In this document: in pieces, positions 22,654 to 31,886 of the stretch
Layout: every line of letters starts with the position of its first letter
How positions within the stretch are numbered: position 1 is the first letter of the stretch
Origin: an uncultured Clostridia bacterium
GTDB taxonomy: Bacteria; Bacillota; Clostridia; TANB77; CAG-508
Reading direction: 5' to 3'
Length of the DNA: 64,000 bases
Assembly (NCBI GenBank): GCA_934167175.1
Contig: CAKPKF010000006.1
Coordinates: 3,069 to 67,068, forward strand
Translations under genes and position numbers: made by a program
Notes under the pieces: model-generated
The model's input: only the letters and a program-made list of their open reading frames with translations
The model's database searches: none
What the model was told of the DNA's origin: nothing

Positions 22654-23178
22654 GTGGCTAAGAATAGAAAATTAGGTAGGCCAACAGATCAAAGATTAGC
22701 TATGTTAAGAGGATTAACTACATCTGTTATTGTAAATGGAAAAATAGAAACAACTTTAGCAAGAGCTAAAGAAGTTAAAGCTATAACAGATAGTTTGATG
22801 GCATTAGCAGTTAAAGAAAAAGACAACTTTGATATGGTAGAAGAAAAACGTGTACAAGCAAAACGCGAAAAAGATGGTAAAAAAGCTACAGAGCTAGTAA
22901 AGAGTAAAAATGGTAAAGAATATTTAAGAGTAGTTAAAGAAGAAGTTACTGTTAATGTTCAAAAAGATAGACCTTCAAGATTGAATGCTAGAAGAAAAAT
23001 GATAAGAATGGTTAATAAAGTTAAAGATGAAAATGGAAAAAACATAGATGTACCAGGAAAATTATTTAATGAATTAGCTCCAAAATATGCTGATAGAGTT
23101 GGTGGTTATACAAGAATCATAAAACTTGGAAAAAGAAGAGGAGACGGAGCAGAAGTAGCAATACTTGAATTAGTATAA
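22654..23178 (+). CDS. rplQ: 50S ribosomal protein L17, a long form (174 aa) with an internal Lys/Glu-rich insertion
   Basis: Conserved N-terminal block ([16 protein letters not shown]) and C-terminal block ([25 protein letters not shown]). GTG start. Confidence 0.93.
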   Translation: MAKNRKLGRPTDQRLAMLRGLTTSVIVNGKIETTLARAKEVKAITDSLMALAVKEKDNFDMVEEKRVQAKREKDGKKATELVKSKNGKEYLRVVKEEVTVNVQKDRPSRLNARRKMIRMVNKVKDENGKNIDVPGKLFNELAPKYADRVGGYTRIIKLGKRRGDGAEVAILELV

Positions 23179-23191
23179 GTAATAAAAAATG

Positions 23192-23232
23192 AAAAGTCAG
23201 ACGTAATATAGTATGACTTTTTATTTTTTTTT
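23192..23232 (+). terminator. Rho-independent terminator of the ribosomal superoperon
   Basis: Stem aaaagtca/tgactttt followed by a long T-run. Confidence 0.75.
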
Positions 23233-23340
23233 ATAATAAATGAAAGGAGAACATGATAAAATAGTATGAGATTAATGATAAATTAGAAATATATAATTTA
23301 TTATTAAATGGGAAAACGCATATATCATGAAGGGATACCT

Positions 23341-24453
23341 ATGAAAAAATATTTGTTTACGTCAGAAAGTGTTACACAAGGACATCCAGATAAAGTATGT
23401 GATTTAATATCAGATACTTTGCTAGATAAAGCATTAGAGCAAGATGAAAACTCAAAAATAGCAGTAGAATGTTTAATAAGTAAAGATCAATTAAATATTT
23501 CAGGACAAATAACTTCAAAAGCAAAATTAAACTATGAGGAAATTGCTCGCAAAGTGTTAAAAGATATAGGGTATGATAATAAAAAAACAGATATAGACTA
23601 TAAAAAATGTATTATAAATACAAATATTACAAAACAAAGTGAAGATATAGAATTAGGAATTAAAAAGTATGGTGCTGGTGATCAAGGTATAATGTTTGGC
23701 TATGCATGTGATGAAACAGAAGAATATATGCCTTTTGCAATAAGTATAGCTCATAAATTAACACAAAAAATAGATGAGGTTAGAAAAAATAAGATAATAC
23801 CATATTTAAGGCCAGATGGAAAAGTGCAAGTTACTGTTGAATATATAGATAATATTCCTACTAAAATTAATACAATATTAATATCTGTGCAGCATTTAGA
23901 AAGTGTTAGTAATGAAAAAATAAAAAAAGACATAGTAGAAAAAATCATAAATAATATTATAAATGAAAAGTATATGGATAAAGATACTAGAATATTAATA
24001 AATCCGACAGGAAGATTTGTAATAGGAGGACCATTAGCAGATACAGGTGTTACAGGAAGAAAAATAATACAAGATACTTATGGAGGATATTCAAGACATG
24101 GAGGAGGAGCATTTTCAGGGAAAGATGCTACTAAAGTTGACAGGTCAGCTGCATATATGTTAAGACATGTAGCTAAAAATATAGTAGCGAATAAATTAGC
24201 TAAAAAATGTGAACTGCAAATATCATATGCAATAGGTATTAAAGAACCAATATCATTAAACATAAATACATTTAATACTAGTAAAATACCAGAAGAAGAA
24301 ATACTAAATTTAGTAATAAAAAAATTTAATTTTGAACCGCAAAAAATAATAGAATATTTAAATTTAAAAAATCCAATATATTCTAAAACAACAAATTATG
24401 GACATTTTGGTAGAGAAAGTTTTACTTGGGAAAAAATAAAAGTGGATTTCTAA
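23341..24453 (+). CDS. metK: S-adenosylmethionine synthetase
   Basis: Conserved MAT sequence (GHPDKVCD, GAGDQG, GGGAFSGKD). The likely start is MKKYLFTSE. Confidence 0.95.
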   Translation: MKKYLFTSESVTQGHPDKVCDLISDTLLDKALEQDENSKIAVECLISKDQLNISGQITSKAKLNYEEIARKVLKDIGYDNKKTDIDYKKCIINTNITKQSEDIELGIKKYGAGDQGIMFGYACDETEEYMPFAISIAHKLTQKIDEVRKNKIIPYLRPDGKVQVTVEYIDNIPTKINTILISVQHLESVSNEKIKKDIVEKIINNIINEKYMDKDTRILINPTGRFVIGGPLADTGVTGRKIIQDTYGGYSRHGGGAFSGKDATKVDRSAAYMLRHVAKNIVANKLAKKCELQISYAIGIKEPISLNINTFNTSKIPEEEILNLVIKKFNFEPQKIIEYLNLKNPIYSKTTNYGHFGRESFTWEKIKVDF

Positions 24454-24466
24454 TTATAATGAAAAG

Positions 24467-24493
24467 CCCCACAACAAAGTATTGTTATGGGGG
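24467..24493 (-). terminator. Terminator hairpin of paralog copy 1, possibly also serving metK
   Basis: Stem ccccacaaca/tgttatgggg. Confidence 0.5.
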
Positions 24494-24503
24494 AAAACTT
24501 GAA

Positions 24504-24800
24504 CTAACTTAATGTTGATAAGTCAATTAGAGGGTCATTTTCTAAAATAATGCTGTTGGCTGGTTTGCTACCAGCATATTTTAAAAGCAATTTCAAATTT
24601 TTTGGAACATTAATTATAAATCTTGAACCTGAAACAGAATAAGTATTTTCTAATGCATATTCAGCTATTAAAACATCTTCTGTACCCTTGATAGAAAGGT
24701 AATTACCATCTTCATCATGTGTTATAATGTAATCCAAAGGATTCCAAATAATAAGAAGTAAGGGTATGTCCATTTTAATTTGAGTTGAAAAAATTTTCAT
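24504..24800 (-). CDS. Hypothetical 98-aa protein, tandem paralog copy 1
   Basis: ORF with the RBS gaggtg. It is a paralog of 24989..25285 and has its own promoter and terminator. Confidence 0.6.
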   Translation of the reverse strand: MKIFSTQIKMDIPLLLIIWNPLDYIITHDEDGNYLSIKGTEDVLIAEYALENTYSVSGSRFIINVPKNLKLLLKYAGSKPANSIILENDPLIDLSTLS

Positions 24801-24836
24801 AAAGCAAATCACCTCTAGTTTTTTAAAATTTTTACC

Positions 24837-24865
24837 ATTATATCATAAAAATGTCAAAAAAGCAA
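24837..24865 (-). promoter_or_regulatory. Putative promoter of paralog copy 1
   Basis: On the minus strand: TTGCTT, 17-nt spacer, TATAAT. Confidence 0.45.
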
Positions 24866-24943
24866 TAATATACATAAAGTATTACTTATAACTTAATTTT
24901 ATTTTTGAATTTCAGTTTTATTATAGATGGAATTTGATTTTGC

Positions 24944-24976
24944 AAAAAAATACCCATAACCAAGTAATGTTATGGG
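24944..24976 (-). terminator. Rho-independent terminator of paralog copy 2
   Basis: 8-bp stem cccataac/gttatggg followed by a T-run on the minus strand. Confidence 0.7.
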
Positions 24977-24988
24977 CGAAAACCTAAG

Positions 24989-25285
24989 TTAGATTAAAAT
25001 TGAGTAATCCATTAAAGGATCTTCTTTTAAAAATTCAATATTAGCTGGTTCATTACCAGTATATTTTAAAATTAATTTAATATTTTCTGGAACATTTATG
25101 ACAAACTTTGAACTAGCTATTGAAAAAGTATTTTTAACAAGTTGTGGTGAAACTAGTGTATCTTCTGAACCTCTAATAAAAATATCTTGTATATTTTTAC
25201 TTCTTGCTATATAGTATTCGGAAGAGTCCCAAACAACAATTGTTAAAGGAATGTCCTTTTCTACTGGATAAATAAATTTTTTCAT
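24989..25285 (-). CDS. Hypothetical 98-aa protein, tandem paralog copy 2
   Basis: Same length, RBS and start context (gaggtgatttgctttatgaaa) as copy 1. Shared motifs include DIPL, RGSEDTL, FVINVP.N.KL.LKY and EDPL. Confidence 0.6.
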   Translation of the reverse strand: MKKFIYPVEKDIPLTIVVWDSSEYYIARSKNIQDIFIRGSEDTLVSPQLVKNTFSIASSKFVINVPENIKLILKYTGNEPANIEFLKEDPLMDYSILI

Positions 25286-25322
25286 AAAGCAAATCACCTC
25301 GGGTTTTTTAAAAATTTTTCTT

Positions 25323-25351
25323 ATTATAGCATATAAAAGAGAAAAAAACAA
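25323..25351 (-). promoter_or_regulatory. Putative promoter of paralog copy 2
   Basis: On the minus strand: TTGTTT, 17-nt spacer, TATAAT. Confidence 0.45.
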
Positions 25352-25390
25352 CAGTATACATAAAACTGGTAAAAATAAAATAAAAAAGTA

Positions 25391-25419
25391 TTGTAAAATA
25401 AAATAAATAGTGGTATAAT
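25391..25419 (+). promoter_or_regulatory. Putative promoter of the sortase operon
   Basis: TTGTAA, 17-nt spacer, TATAAT. Confidence 0.5.
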
Positions 25420-25454
25420 TTGCACATAAAACACAAGAAAAGGAGTAATGAAAT

Positions 25455-25991
25455 ATGAAAAAGGTAGTTAGTTTTTTTATTGCAATGATTATATTAATTA
25501 TTAGTGCAACCTATGTTGGTGCAGCAAGTGGTTCAGAAATATTATTAAACTATGCAAAAAAATCACACAAAGTTGTTGGAAAAGAAATGACATTATCATC
25601 TTCGGATAGAGTGAAATTAGAAAGATTTTTAAATGATAATCCAATAAGTGAGGCCGAAGCAAACTCTGTTATATCAAAAGCTGAAGAAGTTATAAAAACA
25701 GCAAATGATTCAGGAGTTAATGATATTTCTAAATTGTCAAAAGCAGACAAAGAAAAAATAATAGCTACAGCAAATGAAGCAGCAAGCATATTAGGTGTAA
25801 CATTAAAGTTTTCAAATAATAATGTAGAAGTATATAAGGATGGTCAAAAAATTGAGTCACTTACATTAAATAGTGGAAAACTTGCTTACACAGGAAACAA
25901 TGCAAGTGCATTAGCTTTATCTGGAATAGCAATAATTGCCGTTGCTATGGCTTTTGGTATAAAAAAAGGAAAAGAAAAATATGCAAATTAG
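25455..25991 (+). CDS. Secreted protein with a C-terminal cell-wall sorting signal (LAYTG, hydrophobic stretch, basic tail)
   Basis: Signal peptide MKKVVSFFIAMIILIISATYVGAAS. The C-terminus reads LAYTGNNASALALSGIAIIAVAMAFGIKKGKEK. Confidence 0.7.
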   Translation: MKKVVSFFIAMIILIISATYVGAASGSEILLNYAKKSHKVVGKEMTLSSSDRVKLERFLNDNPISEAEANSVISKAEEVIKTANDSGVNDISKLSKADKEKIIATANEAASILGVTLKFSNNNVEVYKDGQKIESLTLNSGKLAYTGNNASALALSGIAIIAVAMAFGIKKGKEKYAN

Positions 25992-26601
25992 ATTAATAAA
26001 AGTATTAAAAGCAACTGTTATAAATATAATAGTTGCTTTTATAATAGCTATAATAATATTAGAAAGTGTTCAATTAGTTTTAGGTGACAAAATTGATATG
26101 GCAATATCACTTGCTAATAATATATCTATAGGAGAAAGTGAAAATAGTAAAAAAGAAACTAATTTTAATAAAACTGAAAATAAATTAGAAAATTATCCAT
26201 CATATGGTTCTAAGTATGCAACAATAAGCATAGAAGCAATAAATGTTGAATTACCAGTGTATTTCGGAGATACATTAGAAATATTGAAAAAAGGTGTAGG
26301 TCATTCAAGTGGAAGTTATTTTCCAGGGGAATCTGGTTCTATAATATATATGGGACACAATTCTAAAGATAGATTTAGAAAATTTTCTATGTTGCAAAAG
26401 GGTGATTTGATAAAAGTAACTACTAATTATGGCGAATTTAATTATAGAATATATGATATGAAAATAATAAAAGAAACAGATTTAGAAGAATTACCAATTC
26501 AAAAAGAAAAAGAAATTCTAATGATTTATACGTGTTATCCATTTAATAATATAGGGTATACAGATCAAAGATATGTTGTTTATGCAAATTTAGAAAAATA
26601 G
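25981..26601 (+). CDS. Sortase family transpeptidase
   Basis: N-terminal TM anchor, catalytic His (YMGHN), Cys (IYTCYP) and Arg (QRYVVYA). The start overlaps the end of the substrate gene. Confidence 0.75.
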   Translation: MQIRLIKVLKATVINIIVAFIIAIIILESVQLVLGDKIDMAISLANNISIGESENSKKETNFNKTENKLENYPSYGSKYATISIEAINVELPVYFGDTLEILKKGVGHSSGSYFPGESGSIIYMGHNSKDRFRKFSMLQKGDLIKVTTNYGEFNYRIYDMKIIKETDLEELPIQKEKEILMIYTCYPFNNIGYTDQRYVVYANLEK

Positions 26602-26615
26602 AAGGAGTTATATAA

Positions 26616-27449
26616 ATGAAAAAAATTGTATCATATATTATATGTATTATATTAGTAGCCATAATACTAGTGGCAACTGCAATTCATATTGCATCCAATA
26701 CAGTATTAAATAAAAATTATGTTTTAGAAAAACTAGATAATAACAATTATTATGAAAAAACATATGATAATATAAAATCAAGTTTTTCACAATATATTTT
26801 ACAATCTGGATTAGATGAAAATGTTATAGAGAATTTATATACAAAAGAGCAAATAAAAGAAGATGTAGATATAGTTATATCTAATATATATTCTGATGAA
26901 AATCAAAAAGTAGATACCAATAAAATAAAAAACAATATGGAATCTAATATAAATAAATATTTAGAAGATAATAATATAAAATTAAATGCTACACAAAAAA
27001 AATCCATAGACAAATTTATTGAAACTATTGAAAGAACTTATGAAGAAGAAATTTCATATTCTGCGTATTTAAATAAAATAGGAAATAAAGTATACAAAAT
27101 AAATAAAATAATTGAGAAAATGCAACCAGTTATATATGGAAGCATAATTGCATTATTTTTAATATTGATACTTATTAATGTAAAAGAAATTTCATTTGGA
27201 ATTAATTATGCAGGAGTAACAATATTATCTAGTGGAATAGCAAATATACTAATAAAAATGTACATAAATTCAAAAATAAATATTAATAAAATAATGATAA
27301 TAAATGAAGATATATCCAAGATTGTTATAAATATATTAAATGAAATAGTGAACTACATTCAAAATTATGGTTTAGTTATGGTTGCAATAGGTCTAGCAAT
27401 TGTAATATTAGCAAGTTTTATTAGAAATAGTAAAACAGAAGAAATGTAA
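26616..27449 (+). CDS. Hypothetical membrane protein in the sortase operon
   Basis: N-terminal TM segment, about 140 aa of soluble region, then C-terminal TM helices. No family recognised. Confidence 0.5.
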   Translation: MKKIVSYIICIILVAIILVATAIHIASNTVLNKNYVLEKLDNNNYYEKTYDNIKSSFSQYILQSGLDENVIENLYTKEQIKEDVDIVISNIYSDENQKVDTNKIKNNMESNINKYLEDNNIKLNATQKKSIDKFIETIERTYEEEISYSAYLNKIGNKVYKINKIIEKMQPVIYGSIIALFLILILINVKEISFGINYAGVTILSSGIANILIKMYINSKININKIMIINEDISKIVINILNEIVNYIQNYGLVMVAIGLAIVILASFIRNSKTEEM

Positions 27450-27607
27450 TTAAAGTAAAGAAAAAAGATAAAAACTATTGCAAAAATTGTCGTATTATAT
27501 ATATAATATAAAATATTGTATTTACACAAAGACGCAATTTTATATGCGCTGAAAAGAAATATAAAAGTTACTGATGCAAATTTTACTCGAAAGAAACAGG
27601 GGGAGAA

Positions 27608-28333
27608 ATGGAAGAATTAGATTTAAAAGAATTATTAAATATCTTTTGGACGAAAAGGGGAGCAATATTAATAATAATAATGATTTTCGCTGGGATTGGT
27701 GTAGTATATTCATATTGTGTGGTGACACCAAAATATAAATCATCTACGACATTAGTATTAGCAAAAGCAGAACCAAATGGGACAGAGACAAATAATAATG
27801 CAGTGTCCACAGAATCTATTACTCAAACGGAAATTACATTAAATCAAAAATTAATATCTACATATAGTGAAGTAGTAAAAAGCAAAAATGTATTAAGGCA
27901 AGTAATTAATAACTTAAATTTAAAAAATTTAGAAGAAGATGAACTGAAAAAAAATGTAACGGTAAGTTCTGTTAAAGATACTGAGCTTATAGAGATTACT
28001 GTTACAAATAATGATGCAGAATATGCACATAAAATTGCAAATGAAGTAGCGAAAGTATTTACGCAAAAAGTAGCAGAGGTATATAATATAAATAATGTTC
28101 ATGTGTTAGATGAAGCAGAAGTTGCTAGTTTACCATGCAATATAAATCATATGAAAGACATAGTTATATTTGTATTTATAGGTGTTGTAATTGCTTCTAT
28201 GTATGTACTGATTTCAAATATGTTAGACAATACAATAAAAACAGTGGAAGATATTGAGGAAAAAATTAAATTACCAGTATTAGCTGTTATGCCTGTATAT
28301 GATTTTAATAGTAAAGGTGGTAAGAAAAAATGA
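27608..28333 (+). CDS. Wzz/CpsC-type polysaccharide chain-length regulator (BY-kinase transmembrane activator)
   Basis: Starts LDLKELLNIFWTKRG, has two TM helices flanking an extracellular domain, and overlaps the kinase gene (ATGA). Confidence 0.75.
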   Translation: MEELDLKELLNIFWTKRGAILIIIMIFAGIGVVYSYCVVTPKYKSSTTLVLAKAEPNGTETNNNAVSTESITQTEITLNQKLISTYSEVVKSKNVLRQVINNLNLKNLEEDELKKNVTVSSVKDTELIEITVTNNDAEYAHKIANEVAKVFTQKVAEVYNINNVHVLDEAEVASLPCNINHMKDIVIFVFIGVVIASMYVLISNMLDNTIKTVEDIEEKIKLPVLAVMPVYDFNSKGGKKK

Positions 28334-29313
28334 GAAGAGAATTAGTAACATATAAAACTCCGAAAGCGTCTGTTTCTGAAACATTTAGAACACTAAGAAC
28401 AAACATACAATTTATGAGCACGAATAAAGGTTTAAAAACTTTACTAGTAACAAGTACTATGCCAGGAGAAGGAAAAAGTTGGGTTTCTGCTAACTTAGCA
28501 GTAGCTTTTGCACAAGCAGGAAAAAGAGTTGTTTTAGTTGACAGTGATATGAGAAAAGGTAGACAATATTCTATATTTGGAACATTGTCAAGACCAGGAC
28601 TTTCAAATTATTTATCTGGCATGGATTCAGAGGGAAGAGATAGTGCAAATTCAATTACAAATTATATACAAGAAACAGAGGTAGAAAATTTATTTTTGAT
28701 ACCAGCAGGAAGTGTACCTCCAAATCCATCAGAATTACTAGTTTCAAATCAAATGATTAATATGCTAAATCAATTAAAGCAATTATGTGATTTAGTAATA
28801 TTGGACGGTACTCCAACTCAGCTTGTAACAGACTCAGTAATACTATCTAGATTAGTGGATGCAACACTAATAGTAACTTCATACAAAGAAACAAAAATTG
28901 AAAACTTAGACAATGCAAAAAAAAGCATAGAAAATGTAGGTGGCAATATTGTTGGAGTAGTATTAAACAAATTTCCAATATCATTGAAAAAATATGACAA
29001 TTTATATTATGGAAAAAGCAGTAGCACAAGAGGCAGAAGGGGCAATAAAAATAGAAAAAAAAGAGATAGTGATATAGAGAGAATGTTTAAAGACAAAAAA
29101 AATGCAAACAACGTAAATACTAGAAATATAGATGAAAAGTTAAAATTTCAAAATTCAAATAAACTAAAAGAAAGCATAAATGTAAAAGATGATGAAAAAG
29201 TAAGTCAAAATGAAAATAAACTAGACAGCAAAACTGAGAGCATAATAAATCAAATAAATAAGTATTTGGATGATGAAAAGAATAAATTACAATCAAAAGG
29301 AGATACTAAATGA
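28330..29313 (+). CDS. CpsD/YwqD-type protein-tyrosine (BY) kinase with a long Lys/Asn-rich C-terminal extension
   Basis: Motifs SETFRTLRTNIQF, Walker A (PGEGKS) and Walker A'/B (VLVDSDMRKG, ILDGTP). It has a short Tyr cluster (YDNLYYG) followed by about 100 further residues. Confidence 0.8.
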   Translation: MRRELVTYKTPKASVSETFRTLRTNIQFMSTNKGLKTLLVTSTMPGEGKSWVSANLAVAFAQAGKRVVLVDSDMRKGRQYSIFGTLSRPGLSNYLSGMDSEGRDSANSITNYIQETEVENLFLIPAGSVPPNPSELLVSNQMINMLNQLKQLCDLVILDGTPTQLVTDSVILSRLVDATLIVTSYKETKIENLDNAKKSIENVGGNIVGVVLNKFPISLKKYDNLYYGKSSSTRGRRGNKNRKKRDSDIERMFKDKKNANNVNTRNIDEKLKFQNSNKLKESINVKDDEKVSQNENKLDSKTESIINQINKYLDDEKNKLQSKGDTK

Positions 29314-30083
29314 TAGACTTACATTCACATATAATACCTAAAATAGATGATGGTTCTGGAAGCATAGAAGAAACATTTAATATATTAAAAGAGGCAGTAA
29401 ACAATGGCTTTACTGATATAATTTCTACGTCACATTACATAGAAAACTATTATGAAGCAGATGTAGAAGAAAGAAAAGCATGGATTACTGCACTTCAAAT
29501 GAATTTAAATGAAAAAAAAATACCAATTAATTTGCATATTGGAACAGAAGCATATGCAAGTTTAGAATTAAAACAATTTGTAAAAGACAAAAAAGTGGCA
29601 ACATTAAGTAATAGTAGATACTTATTATTTGAACTGCCAATGAATAGTAAACCAAAATATCTAGAAGAAGTAATATATGATATTATAGATTTAAAATTAA
29701 TACCTATAATAGCACATCCAGAAAGATATGCATATGTGCAACAAAATCCCAATATGCTTATAGAATTAATAAACAAAGGAGTAATGTTTCAATCTAATTT
29801 TGGAAGTATTATTGGTTTATATGGGAAAAATGCCAAAAACACAGTAGAAAAGTTATTAAAAAGTGATATGATACACTTTTTAGGAACGGATACGCATAAA
29901 CAAAACACTATATATCCAATGATAAATGAAATATTGATTAAATTAGAAAAAACGATAGGAAAAGATAAAATAAAACAACTTACAGAGACTAATCCAAGAT
30001 TAGTTTTGGAAAACAAAAGAATAGAAATGGAAGAACCAAAAGAAATAAAAAAAAGTTTTTTTGATAAAATTAGAATTAGATAA
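29310..30083 (+). CDS. CpsB/YwqE-type PHP-family protein-tyrosine phosphatase
   Basis: MIDLHSHIIPKIDDGS and further His motifs (STSHY, AHPERY, GTDTH). Confidence 0.85.
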   Translation: MIDLHSHIIPKIDDGSGSIEETFNILKEAVNNGFTDIISTSHYIENYYEADVEERKAWITALQMNLNEKKIPINLHIGTEAYASLELKQFVKDKKVATLSNSRYLLFELPMNSKPKYLEEVIYDIIDLKLIPIIAHPERYAYVQQNPNMLIELINKGVMFQSNFGSIIGLYGKNAKNTVEKLLKSDMIHFLGTDTHKQNTIYPMINEILIKLEKTIGKDKIKQLTETNPRLVLENKRIEMEEPKEIKKSFFDKIRIR

Positions 30084-30102
30084 CAAAATAGGAGGATTTT
30101 AT

Positions 30103-31467
30103 ATGAGAAAATATTTTGGAACAGATGGAATAAGAAGAATTGCGAATACAGAACTTTCACCAGAACTTGTATATAAAGTTGCCAAAGCAGGTGCATATGT
30201 ACTTTCTAAACATACGGATCATGCACCAAACATATTGATAGGAAGAGATCCAAGAATATCTGGAACTTTAATAGAAAGTGCTATGGTAGCGGGATTTTTA
30301 AGTTATGGGGCAAATGTTAAAGTATTAGGAGTAATGCCAACACCAGCAGTTGCATACTTAACAAGAAAATTAAATGCAGATGCAAGTGTTGTTATATCAG
30401 CATCTCATAATACATATGAATTTAATGGAGTTAAATATTTCAGTAATAAAGGAATGAAAATTTCAGATGAAATAGAAGAAGAAATAGAAGATGTTATGGA
30501 ATCAGGAAAACTAGATGAACTAACAGCTGTGAATGATAAAATAGGTGTTTCAGAAAATAGAGAAGACTTAATAAATGAATATGTGTATTTCTTTAGAAAA
30601 AATTTTGATGAAAAAATAGAAAAATATAATAGAAAGGATTTTGTTGTAGGAATTGACACAGCTAATGGTGCAACATATAAAGTTGCTGAAAAAGTTTTTA
30701 GTGCATTAGGTATAAAATATAAGATAATAAACAATAATCCAGATGGAATAAATATAAACAGAGATTGTGGTTCAACACATATCGAAGGATTAAAAAAATT
30801 AGTACTAGAAGAAAAATTAAGTTTAGGTATTGCTTATGATGGTGATGGAGATAGATGTCTAGCTATAGATGAAAAAGGTAACCTAATGGATGGAGATATA
30901 ATTTTAGCAATATTATCTAGACAATTAAAAAGACAAGAGAAACTAAATAATAATACACTTGTTGCAACAGTTATGAGTAATTTGGGATTAAATAAATTTG
31001 CTGAAAAAGAAGGAATGACTTTTAAACAAACCAAGGTTGGAGATAGATATGTACTAGAAGAAATGTTGAAAAATAATTATAACCTAGGCGGAGAACAATC
31101 AGGTCATGTAATATTATTAGATTATAATCCAACAGGTGATGGAATATTGACATCATTGATGCTTATACAAGTGCTATTGGAAAATAATTTAAGAGCGTCA
31201 GAAGCAGCTTCAATAGTAAATATATATCCACAGGTATTAATAAATGCTAAAGTGGCATCAGAAAAAAAATATGATTATGACAAAAATGAAATAATAAAAA
31301 AAGAAATAGAAAAATTAGAAAAAGAATTTGCTGATAATGGTAGAGTTTTAATAAGAGCATCAGGAACAGAGCCGTTAGTCAGAGTGATGATAGAAGGAGA
31401 AGATAAAGAGTACATTACATCTAAAGCTAAAGCTTTGGTAGATTGTATAGAAAAAAACTTAAGATAA
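30103..31467 (+). CDS. glmM: Phosphoglucosamine mutase
   Basis: Starts MRKYFGTDGIRR after the RBS aggagg. Phosphoserine loop SASHN and metal loop DGDGDR are present. Confidence 0.93.
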   Translation: MRKYFGTDGIRRIANTELSPELVYKVAKAGAYVLSKHTDHAPNILIGRDPRISGTLIESAMVAGFLSYGANVKVLGVMPTPAVAYLTRKLNADASVVISASHNTYEFNGVKYFSNKGMKISDEIEEEIEDVMESGKLDELTAVNDKIGVSENREDLINEYVYFFRKNFDEKIEKYNRKDFVVGIDTANGATYKVAEKVFSALGIKYKIINNNPDGININRDCGSTHIEGLKKLVLEEKLSLGIAYDGDGDRCLAIDEKGNLMDGDIILAILSRQLKRQEKLNNNTLVATVMSNLGLNKFAEKEGMTFKQTKVGDRYVLEEMLKNNYNLGGEQSGHVILLDYNPTGDGILTSLMLIQVLLENNLRASEAASIVNIYPQVLINAKVASEKKYDYDKNEIIKKEIEKLEKEFADNGRVLIRASGTEPLVRVMIEGEDKEYITSKAKALVDCIEKNLR

Positions 31468-31471
31468 AGGA

Positions 31472-31819
31472 GTGATGAGAGTGGTTTTTATAGACCTTAC
31501 AAACCCAATTTTGTTAATAACTTTTTTAGCAGTTGTTACATTATTTATAGTTGTAGGAAGAAGAACAAGAACGAGCATTCTTCCAGCAATTGGAGGGATA
31601 TTTTCATTGACATCATTAGTTGTTCATGCAATGCAATTATTGACTTTAAGTGCATTTAATTCATATTTAATAAAACCTATAGCTATTTCTATGATTATTG
31701 ATTTAGGACTAATTGCAATTTCATTTTTAGCATATCTATGGGTAGATAGTATTGAAGCAAAATTAAAAAAAACTAAGAGTTATGGAGATTCTTTAGATTG
31801 GCTTTGGAAAAAGGTATAG
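31472..31819 (+). CDS. Hypothetical small membrane protein
   Basis: Three predicted TM helices. No family recognised. Confidence 0.45.
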   Translation: MMRVVFIDLTNPILLITFLAVVTLFIVVGRRTRTSILPAIGGIFSLTSLVVHAMQLLTLSAFNSYLIKPIAISMIIDLGLIAISFLAYLWVDSIEAKLKKTKSYGDSLDWLWKKV

Positions 31820-31825
31820 ATTAAA

Positions 31826-31860
31826 AATGCGCATCATAAATTATATGATACGCATTTTTG
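31826..31860 (+). terminator. Rho-independent terminator
   Basis: Imperfect stem atgcgcatcata/tatgatacgcat followed by a T-run. Confidence 0.6.
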
Positions 31861-31886
31861 TGAGAAAATAAAAAGGAGAAATTAAA

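Noticed and set aside
28331-28333. Possible TGA recoding (genetic code 4), given the very low GC
   Set aside because: TGA terminates well-conserved genes at the expected length (the Wzz-like gene at 28331..28333 and pilMN at 50073..50075), and Trp is encoded by TGG throughout.
24454-31470. Genomic island or mobile element covering the paralogs, the sortase operon and the BY-kinase module
   Set aside because: There is no integrase, transposase, flanking tRNA or direct repeat, and the composition matches the rest of the window. It is treated as chromosomal accessory genes only.
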